NCBI GenBank assembly: GCA_964291215.2
Contig: OZ219790.1
Location: 1,344,001-1,408,000 of the forward strand
Origin: Alphaproteobacteria bacterium
Lineage (GTDB): Bacteria > Pseudomonadota > Alphaproteobacteria > MPNO01 > UBA830
DNA: 64,000 nt
Reading direction: 5' to 3'
The notes beneath the pieces are model-generated. The model saw only the letters and a program-made list of their open reading frames with translations, was not told where the DNA came from and searched no databases. Position 1 is the stretch's first letter, and each line of letters begins with the position of its first letter. This document shows positions 55,501-64,000 of the stretch, piece by piece. A program made the translations under genes and the position numbers.

Positions 55501-55760
55501 AAAGCGCGGAGGTCGTCTCCCTGCCGGATCGCCCCGATCTCGTCCGACCCCAGCGTGCAGCCGACCACCAGCCGCATCCGGCCGTCATTGCGCACCAGCC
55601 CTTCGATGCCGCGCGCCGCCAGCGCCAGCGCCCCGGCGTTGAAATACCCGGTCAGCCGGTCGTAGCGCTCCGCGTCCTCAAGCGCGGGAACGTAGAACAG
55701 CCGGACAAGGCCGCCGTCCTCGGGCGTGTATTTCAGGCGCCATGCGCGATCCCGCAGCAT
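52590..55760 (-). CDS. SNF2-family helicase with an N-terminal PLD-like nuclease domain
   Basis: FHEKTGII...TGSINET (HxK), LIADEVGLGKT, LDEAHHAR, LLTATP, NYDMPWNPMRVEQRIGRIDR. Confidence 0.92.
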   Translation of the reverse strand: MLRDRAWRLKYTPEDGGLVRLFYVPALEDAERYDRLTGYFNAGALALAARGIEGLVRNDGRMRLVVGCTLGSDEIGAIRQGDDLRALVERHLACLPLAPPDPAAAGALELLAWMVAGGFLTVRVAVPCNAAREPVADSGIFHEKTGIIEDLAGDRLAWTGSINETGAGWQANWESISVYTSWGPEPGRVDAEEANFANLWADRAQRAIVLDVPEAARRDLMRFMPKTGRPARLERVDEVPRLLVRRPDPRPDNGADLPPASTLRTRVWAFIREAPSRPGGGVRVGEATAPVDPWPHQARAFERLYGNWPPRLLIADEVGLGKTVQAGLLLRQAWLAGRAKRILILAPKAVLVQWQVELREKFNLNWPIYDGGKLAWHPSPALQGRHEHAAGRETWHREPVVIASSQLMRRSERQADLLERAEPWDLVVLDEAHHARRRAPGSQQEGGPNALLRLMRGLKDRTKGLVLLTATPMQVHPVEVHDLLDLLGLPPEWHERAFLDFFDDIEQRNPSAEALERMASLFRAAERAYGKIGRTEAERLTGLSRLKASKALRALRDEAGIPRRRLESDERRGAVAIARAGAPVRRLISRNTRELLRRYFREGTMKTPIAERRVEDRFLDMTDDERALYDAVEDYIAIAYGRASEKERTAVGFVMTIYRRRLASSFAALHETLRKRRDAIVGDVRENLFGLDEDLPDDDAADEATDTDDAAGLERRALVLEQAAEIDRLLGAVGQLPPDSKLDSLKGVLRELRQDGYRQAMVFTQYTDTMDFLRDALLENGEWTLLCFSGRGGEAPGADGAWRGMNRDDAKRRFREGQADILLCTDAAAEGLNFQFCGAAVNYDMPWNPMRVEQRIGRIDRLGQAHAIVRIVNLHCKGTVETDIYRALRERIGLFETVVGRLQPILARLPGAISQGVLSGRDERGRAGLVAAIEREADDARGAGFDIDAATQDDIAMLTCLPPIVTMEDLDRIVAAPGLMAPGVEVRPMGRREYGLLAPGMTEELRVTTGTEYFEDNAGSVELWSPGNPLFIPPEFARSVEPASSCETLKDILDGG

Positions 55761-55763
55761 GGG

Positions 55764-58676
55764 TCAGTGTTCGTCGTCGCGCCAGAGCCTGAGCTGTTCC
55801 GGCTCATCGACATGCTCGCCGTAGGCCAGCCGGCTCAGCTTGTAGAGCGCCTCGAAGTCGTTGCCCGAAGCCGCCGCCTCGCCTTCGAGGGCGATGCCCG
55901 TGAACGCCCCGGACACCGGCAGCACCTCAAGCACAGCTTCAAGCGCCGCGAAGAAACGAGGGTTTCGGTCCATCCCCGCATCCGCGAGCAACTCCCGCGC
56001 GGCGTCCAGCGAGCGCAGGCGCGCCAGATTGGCGCCGTGGTGGATGACATCGATCATGCCGCGCGAACCGTCGGCGGGGCCGAGCGTTCCCTTGGCCGCC
56101 CGGCGCGCACTGTCCCACAGCAGGATGTCGCCGCCCTTCCTTTCGCCCAGCCGGCCCACGATGCCGCGGTCGAGGTCGGCACCCACGGCGCGGGCCAGCC
56201 GCAACGCCTCGTCATAGGAGAACGCCGGCGCCTTGAAGGCGTCCCACGCCAGCACGAAGAAGGCGGTCGGGGCGTCAAGGTCGGAATCGGCCTTCATGTG
56301 CGTCAGCATCTCCAGCCGCCAGCGCTTGACCTCGCGGCGCGCGGCGTCGAGCGCGTCCTCCGGCGTCGCCGCGTACGGGTCCCACTCGAACGGTAGTTGC
56401 TGCCGCCGCTCCTCCGGCATCTCGCGCGGCGAGCCGCGCCTGAGCGGCCAGTGGCGCGAGAATGCCTCGAGCGCCGGGCCGAAGCAGGCCAGATAGAGAT
56501 CCACCCCGGCGATCCCCGCCTCCTGGAACTCACCGATCCGCCGCCGGACGGCCTGCGCCACCTGCGGCTCCACATCCTCCCAGTAGAGGCCCTGCTCCGT
56601 GTCGGCGTCCTTCGCGCGCGGGCGGCAGGCCAGGAAAACCGTGCTGTTCGCCGCCGCCTTGTCCCGGATATGCAGGCTGCCCTCGGCTTCCGTGTTGACC
56701 GGCCAGGACGCGGTGATCGTGAACCCCGCTTCCATCAGGCCCGCGGCAAGCGCGTCCCACGCCCCTGTCGCCTTGTGCGTGAACATCAGCGTCATGACGC
56801 CGTCGGGCTTCAGCACCCGCCGGCATTCGGCGAAGATCGACGCCATGCGCTCCCGGTAGTCGCGGCCCGCCAACGCCTTCGCCCCCTTCTCGCCCCGAAA
56901 ACGCGCCGGGTTCGCCACCGCCTCGTTCTCCTTGTCGGTCAGGACGCGCCGAAACAGGTCCGGAAACACATGCCCGGCGGTGCGCTTCAGCCAGACATAG
57001 AAGAAGTCCGAGAGTTCCGCATACATGACGTTGTCGTAATAGGGCGGGTCCATGACCACCGCGTCGATGCTGCCGTCCGCGACATGGTCGAGGCTGTCGC
57101 CCGACTTGCAGGTGACGGTGACCGGCGGAGGTGTATGTTCGACGGCGAACAGACTGCCATCGCCGCCGGCTTGCGGACGGACAAGCGACACGAGTTCCTT
57201 GATGCACTTGGCGGTCTGGCCGATGGCCCAGTCGTAACCCACACCAGCGACGAGAGGGGCCATTTCGGCGTAGGACCACTTGAACGAGAAGTCGTGACGG
57301 TCGAATGCTCCCAACAACACCTCTCGGTTGGCGTGCCAGCGGGTCATCCGCGCGTTGTAGTTCAGGAGCTTGTCGAGCGAGAGCGCCAGGTACCCGTATG
57401 CCGCTTGGCGGATGTCGGTCAGCCGGCCGGCCTCGCGGTCAGCCTCCAGCATCTCCCGGAAGACCTCGACGCTCGTGCCGTGGCACAGAAGCTGCCGGGG
57501 CGAAAACAGGTCGCGCCAGTACGGCATCCCGTATCGTTGTGGCTCGGTGGTCTTGTTGCCATCCGGAATCCGCTCGCCGGGGATGATGTCAAACGCCTCC
57601 CATTCGGGGAGTTTCTCGTCGAGGAGCGCCGCAATCTCGGCACCATTGTCGTCCTCCGGCTGCGGTGCCCGGTAGCCGCGCACCCACCGGTCCTGGCCCC
57701 GCCTGCCGGACTTCAGTATCTTGCCCGGTACGCGCTGCTTGTAGACCACCGCGTAGAGCTGCTCGCCCATGGCCCCGGCCCGCGCCTGGCGCTTGATCTC
57801 GTCGCCGTCGATGACGCGCCCGCAGTCCGCATACGGGCAGGCCCCCGCCCCGCGCGATACCGTGCCCGACGACTGGTCCCGCGCATCGCCCACGATCTCG
57901 AACGAGCACACCCGGCCAGCCGGCCCCGCGCCCGTCTCCGGCTTCAGCCGAACCCCGGTGCCGTCCGGCGCCAGCCGCCAATTCGGCGACAAAGGCACCA
58001 AACCCGCGCAATACGGGCACGAAATCGTCCGCGCCCAAAGGTAGCCTTCTACCCGAGCGCCTTCTGACTCAGCGGGAAATATCCCTTGGTATTTCGGCTC
58101 CGCCCGGCGTAGAAAGTCGGCCGTCAATTCATGGAACTCGGAAAACAATCGAGAACCATATTGAGCAGGCCACTCTGTCGTGGCCCTGAGGATCAGGGCA
58201 GCCACCGGGTTCAGGTCGTTGGCAAAGGAAGCCAATCCGAGACGGGCAGCTTCGATCGGAATGCTGCCCCCGCCGGCGGTCGGATCAAGAACCGTCGTGC
58301 CAGACAACGCGCTGCCTGCTACAGATCCGATCCACCGAATTTCGTCGGAACTCGGAGAATAGGTGAACGCCCGTCGGTACCCGTAGGGATCGGGCCCGAG
58401 ATTCCGTCCAGTTCTCTTGGCAGCGTCGATCCGGTGACGGGTGGCCACCGGGTCGCCATGAATGCCCAGAACATGAAGGAACCTGTCGCGGTCCGCATCC
58501 GCCGGCAGCAGCGACGCCAGAACGGCCGCACGCGATGCAACCAGAGGCCGACGCGCCCACCAGACGTGGAGGTAATACGTCGGAGGCAACGCCGTCATAG
58601 ACCGCCGCTCCCGCACACTTTCCTCCCCAAGCGCCGCAATCGGAAGCCAACGCTCGATCAGACGGGTGTCGGACAT
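55764..58676 (-). CDS. DUF1156-domain adenine DNA methyltransferase with Zn ribbon
   Basis: LHVWWARRPL, VLDPTAGGGSIP, CPYC, MDPPYYDNVMYAELSDFF. Confidence 0.92.
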   Translation of the reverse strand: MSDTRLIERWLPIAALGEESVRERRSMTALPPTYYLHVWWARRPLVASRAAVLASLLPADADRDRFLHVLGIHGDPVATRHRIDAAKRTGRNLGPDPYGYRRAFTYSPSSDEIRWIGSVAGSALSGTTVLDPTAGGGSIPIEAARLGLASFANDLNPVAALILRATTEWPAQYGSRLFSEFHELTADFLRRAEPKYQGIFPAESEGARVEGYLWARTISCPYCAGLVPLSPNWRLAPDGTGVRLKPETGAGPAGRVCSFEIVGDARDQSSGTVSRGAGACPYADCGRVIDGDEIKRQARAGAMGEQLYAVVYKQRVPGKILKSGRRGQDRWVRGYRAPQPEDDNGAEIAALLDEKLPEWEAFDIIPGERIPDGNKTTEPQRYGMPYWRDLFSPRQLLCHGTSVEVFREMLEADREAGRLTDIRQAAYGYLALSLDKLLNYNARMTRWHANREVLLGAFDRHDFSFKWSYAEMAPLVAGVGYDWAIGQTAKCIKELVSLVRPQAGGDGSLFAVEHTPPPVTVTCKSGDSLDHVADGSIDAVVMDPPYYDNVMYAELSDFFYVWLKRTAGHVFPDLFRRVLTDKENEAVANPARFRGEKGAKALAGRDYRERMASIFAECRRVLKPDGVMTLMFTHKATGAWDALAAGLMEAGFTITASWPVNTEAEGSLHIRDKAAANSTVFLACRPRAKDADTEQGLYWEDVEPQVAQAVRRRIGEFQEAGIAGVDLYLACFGPALEAFSRHWPLRRGSPREMPEERRQQLPFEWDPYAATPEDALDAARREVKRWRLEMLTHMKADSDLDAPTAFFVLAWDAFKAPAFSYDEALRLARAVGADLDRGIVGRLGERKGGDILLWDSARRAAKGTLGPADGSRGMIDVIHHGANLARLRSLDAARELLADAGMDRNPRFFAALEAVLEVLPVSGAFTGIALEGEAAASGNDFEALYKLSRLAYGEHVDEPEQLRLWRDDEH

Positions 58677-58699
58677 CGGCGCGCTACGCTCTTGCCGGA

Positions 58700-59659
58700 T
58701 CATCGCTTCGTGATCTTGGGACCGGCGTAGACCACATAAACAGGCTTGTCTGCCTCGACGGGCCAGGAAAAATGCAGACGCAGCGTCTGGTGCTGCACCT
58801 TGCCGTGCCATGTGCAAAACAGCGTGTCTGCCCGGTTCTCCGGATGGGTAAACGTCAACTCTTGTCGAAATTTCAATTTTTCTGTGTCCGACGAGTCAGA
58901 AAACCACGCACGGTCGCCCGTGAAATAATCATTGTAGATTCGGTGGCCCTCTTCGTTGCGTTTGCCGTCATCATCAAAAGCGCTCGCGAAACGGTTCAAC
59001 ACCTCGATCAGCACCACAAGTCGATCAGCAGCGCTTCTGGCAAACGGAACCGCTTCGAGCGGCGCAAAGCACTCCTTCGCAAACACCAGGTTTGGGAAAC
59101 GGTTGCTTGATGCCTTACGCAAATCGTTCCACGAACGCAGCGGCGGCGCGCGATGCCGTAGCGATTCTTCCAGCGTTTCCGCACCCCACCAGTTCTCGAC
59201 CGCGGCGTTGCGGTCGTCCAGACCCTCGGCCTTGCGAACCCAGATTATATCTATGGGGGAAAGGCACCACTCGGACGGAGCCAGGCTGACCAGGCCGCAA
59301 TCTACGCCGTGCAGGGATCTGAAGGCCGCTTCGCCGATGGCCGTGTCTGTGACGACCTCGCCGTCATGTTCCAGCCAGTCATCATCGCGGTGCCTTCGCA
59401 CATCGTCCCAGAACGGGCCGGACCGGGTCAGCCAACTCATGACGGCGCGCTGGCGTTCGATGTCAAGGCTCCCGATTGCTCTCCGCAGCGGCAGCCCCGG
59501 TATCGGCTTGGTATTCAAGAATGCCCCATTGCTTTGGACTTCGATGCCGAAGCTCTTGGCCGTCTTGCGCAAGGCCATCAGCCGGGACAATGCATCCCGA
59601 AACCCCGCCAGATCGTGAAATTGCCCGTGGACGGACAGGTCGTTGACCAGCAGGTCCAT
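58700..59659 (-). CDS. Hypothetical protein, probable Menshen NsnC-type effector (C-terminus possibly RelE-like)
   Basis: Third gene after DUF262 and DUF3696 ATPase. C-terminal WHGK...RLHF...VYVVYAGPK. Confidence 0.6.
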   Translation of the reverse strand: MDLLVNDLSVHGQFHDLAGFRDALSRLMALRKTAKSFGIEVQSNGAFLNTKPIPGLPLRRAIGSLDIERQRAVMSWLTRSGPFWDDVRRHRDDDWLEHDGEVVTDTAIGEAAFRSLHGVDCGLVSLAPSEWCLSPIDIIWVRKAEGLDDRNAAVENWWGAETLEESLRHRAPPLRSWNDLRKASSNRFPNLVFAKECFAPLEAVPFARSAADRLVVLIEVLNRFASAFDDDGKRNEEGHRIYNDYFTGDRAWFSDSSDTEKLKFRQELTFTHPENRADTLFCTWHGKVQHQTLRLHFSWPVEADKPVYVVYAGPKITKR

Positions 59660-59660
59660 G

Positions 59661-60800
59661 TCAACTCCAGCCGGCGAAGTAGCTCATGTCACGATCAAAT
59701 TGATCGAAGAAACCATCTGGCCAGCCATCGATGTTACCACCGCGGTCGATTGCCGGACTCTCGACTTGCGGCTTGGCGTCACTTGTCTCCGCTCGAGGTC
59801 GGAAAAAGTGGAGCGCGATATCCTCGTGCGACAAAACACCGGATTTTACCGACCGGCGAATACCACTCAGGATATGATCGCTATGTGTTTCGACCATGAC
59901 CTGCACACCGGTGGACGAAACCTCCGCCAGAAACTCGCCCATTGCAGCTTGCCCCGCCGGGTGCAAATGCACTTCGGGATTCTCAATCAACAGCAAATTA
60001 CCTGCTTCCGATGACAGTGCCGCAACCACGATAGGAAGGACCTGTGTAAGCCCGAAGCCGGTATGCATCGGCCGATGGAAATCCGTTCCGGTAGAAGTCC
60101 GGAGACCCAAGGTTACGGCGTTGGCGCGAGTGACTTTCTCGACAACCAGCCCGCACCCCGGAAAAAATCGCGCCATTCTTTCTTCGACCTGGTGAAGCAA
60201 TGTAGGAGGTGCGCCAGAAAGCACGAGCCCTCCCGTCAGTTCAAGGTGCCCCTTCGAAAACAGCATGCTGACCGCATGCTCACCTTGAGGTCCCACTACC
60301 TGTGCTTCTTGAGGATCCTTCAGCATATACGTCTCTTGTGGCCCGAGCCTCTCGGCAGAAAGGTAGGTCAACCCCCGCAGCTGTTGCGCCAAGAAGCCTT
60401 GTCCGTGCGGATGAAACAACAGATTATTGAGCGGACCGGGCCTTGACTTTTCCTTTCCATCGACCGAAACATGCGCCACATGCATGGCCATGTTCTCGCG
60501 TTCACCGGAAAATACCCATTTGTAAGTTCTGCTCTCGTGAACCAACTCAAGGCTGAATTCCCGACGCCCGTACTCCTCGTCGATCACATCCGCCGCTGTG
60601 CCAAGGCATATCGTCTCCCCGTTGAGCATTAGCCGCGGAGACCATTGGTGCTCTCGCATGGTCTGATGCATCAATACCAGCGCCTGCATGACCGATGACT
60701 TTCCTGAGGCGTTGCCGCCGGACAGCAGCGTCAGGGGTTGGAGCTGCAGCTTCAGCACCTCGAAACACTTGAAGTGCCGAAGGTCAATTTGAGTAATCAC
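59661..60800 (-). CDS. ABC/AAA ATPase with DUF3696 C-terminus (Menshen NsnB-like)
   Basis: GGNASGKS Walker A, GFGLTQVLP, IENPEVHLHP, ETHSDH, WPDGFFDQ. Confidence 0.85.
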   Translation of the reverse strand: MITQIDLRHFKCFEVLKLQLQPLTLLSGGNASGKSSVMQALVLMHQTMREHQWSPRLMLNGETICLGTAADVIDEEYGRREFSLELVHESRTYKWVFSGERENMAMHVAHVSVDGKEKSRPGPLNNLLFHPHGQGFLAQQLRGLTYLSAERLGPQETYMLKDPQEAQVVGPQGEHAVSMLFSKGHLELTGGLVLSGAPPTLLHQVEERMARFFPGCGLVVEKVTRANAVTLGLRTSTGTDFHRPMHTGFGLTQVLPIVVAALSSEAGNLLLIENPEVHLHPAGQAAMGEFLAEVSSTGVQVMVETHSDHILSGIRRSVKSGVLSHEDIALHFFRPRAETSDAKPQVESPAIDRGGNIDGWPDGFFDQFDRDMSYFAGWS

Positions 60801-61884
60801 CGAGCACCTCCCGAATCGCTTCCCGTGTCATGGCGAAGCGGGTCCTCACTTTTGTCGCATCATTCGGCCCATAGGTAATCGCAATATTGAAATTCTCATT
60901 GTCGAGTAGTTGATAAACCGCTCCGCGAACCAGATCAGCAGATGATTCGACAAGATTTTCATCGTAATGGGAAAACTCCGTGGACATGACATCCCAGAAA
61001 GAAGCATTCAATACTGAACGCCTTTCCTGACCTGGTTGGTGTTTTCGGAAGGCGAAATTGCCGAACAACTGCAAATTGTTGGAAAGGCCTCGGCGGAAAG
61101 CAACGGAAACGCGCGCTAATTGTATTCGATTCATCTTGTTCATCTTACGCAAGCAATCGGCCAGAAATTGGTCCATATCTCCACGGTAATCGTTCAGATC
61201 CAGGAGTCTGAATGCGCAAAATCGGTTGACAAATTCTCGATCTCTCATGGTCTTAAAATTCAAGCTATTACCAGTCGATTTTCGAAAAATATCCGTTTGC
61301 GCTTCTTTCTTGAGAAAGAGAGTCCCTGCGCCCATGAACAAGGAATTCCGCATCTGTTGGCGGGTTAGCGGGACGCCTCCATTGACCCTTTCGAAGATAT
61401 CCAGCCGGGCGCGCTCCGGCACTTTCGAGTCGATAACGTAGAAGATGAGATTGCAGTCCTCGACACGGTTCTGGATCTTGACGGGCAAGTCCGAAAATCT
61501 CCGGTTATTGAGCCCTATCCTGTCGGGGAGATTTAGCCTCAACTCATCCTTGACGAAACGGTGGAATGTAGAGAGACGCTGCAAGCCGTCCACTACCACC
61601 ATGCGTCCCCGATCATCCTCCGCGATGTAGAAGACGGGCAGGGGTATTCGCATGATGACCGATTCGACCAATTTGCTCTGCTTGTTTTCCGGCCAGATGA
61701 AGTCACGCTGGAAGTCCGGGTCCATGATGTAGTTGGACTGGTCGATCCGCCGGATGACGTCATGGACTGTCCGGTTCTCGTGCCTGATCAGGAGATCATC
61801 GAGCGGATAGTCGCCCCACGATGTGTCCTTTTGGTCCAGACCTTCCGGTTCCTCGTAGTCTGGTGTGGTTTCTTTTTCTTGCAT
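60784..61884 (-). CDS. DUF262 (ParB-like/GmrS) protein (Menshen NsnA-like)
   Basis: PDFQRDFIW, SKLVES, VVDGLQRL, IFERVNGG. Confidence 0.88.
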   Translation of the reverse strand: MQEKETTPDYEEPEGLDQKDTSWGDYPLDDLLIRHENRTVHDVIRRIDQSNYIMDPDFQRDFIWPENKQSKLVESVIMRIPLPVFYIAEDDRGRMVVVDGLQRLSTFHRFVKDELRLNLPDRIGLNNRRFSDLPVKIQNRVEDCNLIFYVIDSKVPERARLDIFERVNGGVPLTRQQMRNSLFMGAGTLFLKKEAQTDIFRKSTGNSLNFKTMRDREFVNRFCAFRLLDLNDYRGDMDQFLADCLRKMNKMNRIQLARVSVAFRRGLSNNLQLFGNFAFRKHQPGQERRSVLNASFWDVMSTEFSHYDENLVESSADLVRGAVYQLLDNENFNIAITYGPNDATKVRTRFAMTREAIREVLGDYSN

Positions 61885-61892
61885 GACCCGTG

Positions 61893-62360
61893 CTACCTTT
61901 TCGGCTCGGTCAAGAGGCGCCGCAGCGCGGTCAGTACCCGGCGCGGGTTCTTGCGGTGCATGGCCATGCCCAGCCAGTAGGCCGCCTCTTCGCGCCCCAT
62001 CGCCTCTATGCCTTCCGCCACGGCGCGCATGTTGTCGCGGCTGCGCATCGGCGCCAGCGTCCGGAAGAGCAGGCCGAGCATGAGGGCGAGGTCCTCGCTC
62101 AGCGCATGGCTCCGTTCCGCCGCATCGACCTGCCGGCCCGGCTTCACGCCTGCCTGCGACAGCCTTTTCAGCACCCGGTGCTCCACCAGGTCGAGATTGC
62201 GGCCCCTGAGACCGGCGATGCGCAGCGCGCAGGCCACGTGCGGCGAGGCGGCGGCCGGCAACTGCCAGACCTCGTAGGCAGAGTCCGCCGGCCCGTGGCG
62301 GCGCACCCGCAACTCGTAACGCGGCGCGGACGCCTGCGCCGCCCGTTCCGCCCGCGCCAC
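61893..62360 (-). CDS. Small conserved hypothetical protein of the DUF499 system (position of the DUF3780-type gene)
   Basis: GTG start overlaps the ATPase stop. MGREEAAYWLGMAMHRKNPRRVL C-terminus. Confidence 0.75.
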   Translation of the reverse strand: MARAERAAQASAPRYELRVRRHGPADSAYEVWQLPAAASPHVACALRIAGLRGRNLDLVEHRVLKRLSQAGVKPGRQVDAAERSHALSEDLALMLGLLFRTLAPMRSRDNMRAVAEGIEAMGREEAAYWLGMAMHRKNPRRVLTALRRLLTEPKR

Positions 62361-64000
62361 TACGCCCGGGCCTCCGCCGCAACATACGCCGCGCCGCTCG
62401 CGAACCGGCTGAGCCGTCCGGTCAGTTTCTCCGCAGCGTCGCCGGCCATCGGCAGCCCGCTCTCGAAGGTCAACTCGAACCCGGCCTCAAGGTTGGCAGA
62501 GCTGGCGTCGCGAAGCTGCGGCTCCAGGAACTCCCGGACCGGCTGCGCATCAGCCACCGGCCCCCGGAACTCCAGCTCGAAACTGCCGCCGCCGCGGGTC
62601 TCGTACCCTCCGGTCAGGGTGACGATCCGTTCCGCCCCGGAAATCGCGCCCACCGCATTGAAAAGCGGAAAGGCGTCGTCGGCATCGAACAGGCGGATGG
62701 TCAGCGCCGCGACGACCTCCACCTTCTTCGCGCGCGCCTGCTCCCAGAGTTGCTGGAGCGCTTCGCGAAGAATGCCTTCCGCAGCCAGGGAGACGACAGA
62801 CGGGCCGGGAGGCTCCCCGCCCTCGCACCGTCCTCCGTTTTCCGCCCCTTCCGTTTCCTCGCCGCCAGCGCTGCCCGCGGCGGGATCGGGCGGCCTCTCC
62901 CGCGGCCAGATCTCCTTATTCCGTGCATAGGCCATCGTGAAGACCGTCGCCTGCTCGTCGATCCCGATCGCGGCCGGCGGATCGCCCGGCCCGCACAGCA
63001 GGTCTCCGCGCCGATACACATACTCGCCCTGCTCGATGCCCCGCCGCACGCCGCGCACGAAGATGTCGTCGCCCGCCAGGATCGGCAGGGCCGGGTCGCG
63101 GCGGAACTCGTCGCGCAACGACCGCGTCGACATCTGCCCCTTCCCGAGCGGCGTCCGGTCGCGCACATAGGCGGGCGAGTCCGGCTCGTCCTCGGGCAGG
63201 CGCAGCTTGTTCAGGTCACGCAGCGCCCGCACGACCTGCTGCTGCCCCGCGCCCGGCCGGTCCGAGGTCGAGTGCATGTCGATCGCCGTATGCGCCAGAT
63301 CGATGTCGCCCCCGCCGACACGGTGGCGCGAGGGGTAGAACACATGCCGGTAGCACTGCTGGACGGCAAGCGCCAGGTCATGCTCCGAACGCACCTCCAT
63401 CTCGCGCAACTGGGCCTGCTGGTGCTCCGCCAGATCGACCAGACGTTCCGGCTTCTTCATGTCCCGCAGCGCCAGCCGGCGGCGGGTCCAGCGGCGCATG
63501 TCCTCCCCGCGCTCCCCGTCGGCCGCCACGAAGACCAGATTGTTGCGGAGCAGGCGCAGGGCGGCGCCTTCCGATCCCTTCCTCTCAAAGATGCGCCCGA
63601 TCAAAGCCGGCACAGCCTCGACCGAGGCGCCGACGGTCACGGCCTCATAGCCGAGAACCACCAGTTTCGGGCGACCGTCCCCAACCTCGTCGGCCACGTC
63701 GAACGGGCCGCCCGGAAACGGTACCGCCTCCAGCGTCCCGCCGTTGAAGATCGTGCGGATCCGGTCGTTCAGCTCCGCCCGCACGTCCCCGGCGTCGATA
63801 TGGTCTTCCGTGCGCCGGATCATCTGGTTCAGATTGGCCTCCGCCAGAAAGCGCATCGGCGCGCCGGGACGGTCGTCGAGATAGGCGGACTCGGCAATGA
63901 ACCTCTTGCGCGCCTCCTCGACGAAGCCGATGTCCATCGACGCACCCAGCACCGAATAGCGCAGCCGCTCCGGCGATACCCCCTTCAGCGGGTCGTTGAA
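62360..64000 (-). CDS. DUF499-family AAA+ ATPase, C-terminal part (runs off the window)
   Basis: Frame open to the window edge. SAYLDD, RFLAEANLNQ, RNNLVFVAAD, YRHVFYP. Context with DUF1156 and SNF2. The Walker motifs lie outside the window. Confidence 0.8.
   Translation of the reverse strand, partial: FNDPLKGVSPERLRYSVLGASMDIGFVEEARKRFIAESAYLDDRPGAPMRFLAEANLNQMIRRTEDHIDAGDVRAELNDRIRTIFNGGTLEAVPFPGGPFDVADEVGDGRPKLVVLGYEAVTVGASVEAVPALIGRIFERKGSEGAALRLLRNNLVFVAADGERGEDMRRWTRRRLALRDMKKPERLVDLAEHQQAQLREMEVRSEHDLALAVQQCYRHVFYPSRHRVGGGDIDLAHTAIDMHSTSDRPGAGQQQVVRALRDLNKLRLPEDEPDSPAYVRDRTPLGKGQMSTRSLRDEFRRDPALPILAGDDIFVRGVRRGIEQGEYVYRRGDLLCGPGDPPAAIGIDEQATVFTMAYARNKEIWPRERPPDPAAGSAGGEETEGAENGGRCEGGEPPGPSVVSLAAEGILREALQQLWEQARAKKVEVVAALTIRLFDADDAFPLFNAVGAISGAERIVTLTGGYETRGGGSFELEFRGPVADAQPVREFLEPQLRDASSANLEAGFELTFESGLPMAGDAAEKLTGRLSRFASGAAYVAAEARA

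Noticed and set aside
55764-58817. Extended ORF starts for DUF1156 (58817) and DUF262 (62385)
   Set aside because: They overlap neighbouring real genes. Starts at 58676 and 61884 fit the operon spacing.

Overview
High-GC bacterial window. Gene content points to a marine alphaproteobacterium, possibly host-associated (inference). It has four parts. (1) 1-12.8 kb is a graveyard of decayed, nested mobile elements: IS66-family elements, one carrying a DNA adenine methyltransferase gene and one interrupted by an antisense group II intron; a DUF4338-IS4 element; IS630 and IS256 pieces; a class C intron end; and a 194-bp MITE. It also holds an intact nnrU-like gene and a 5'-truncated cobT. (2) 13.3-44.2 kb is an intact metabolic block: citryl-CoA lyase-like, MATE, tag, cyclophilin, a QueG/RdhA-like Fe-S protein coupled to an HTH-acyl-CoA ligase, an amidohydrolase, a TRAP transporter, urate catabolism (puuD-uraH / puuE-uraD), GcvT-family demethylases and sarcosine oxidase soxBDAG. 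(3) 44.5-52.6 kb is a nest of integrase remnant, DUF4338 gene, MTase-IS66, group II intron and an inverted sister IS66, with intact 8-bp target duplications, followed by an IS66+DUF4338 element. (4) 52.6-64 kb is an intact-looking defence operon: a DUF499 ATPase / small protein / DUF1156 methylase / PLD-SNF2 helicase restriction-like system with a lower-GC Menshen-like cassette inserted inside it. The most notable signals are insertion sequences carrying putative DNA-modifying passenger enzymes, pervasive short microhomology-type deletions confined to mobile DNA, and one defence system nested in another. All family assignments are by motif recognition; no database searches were run.
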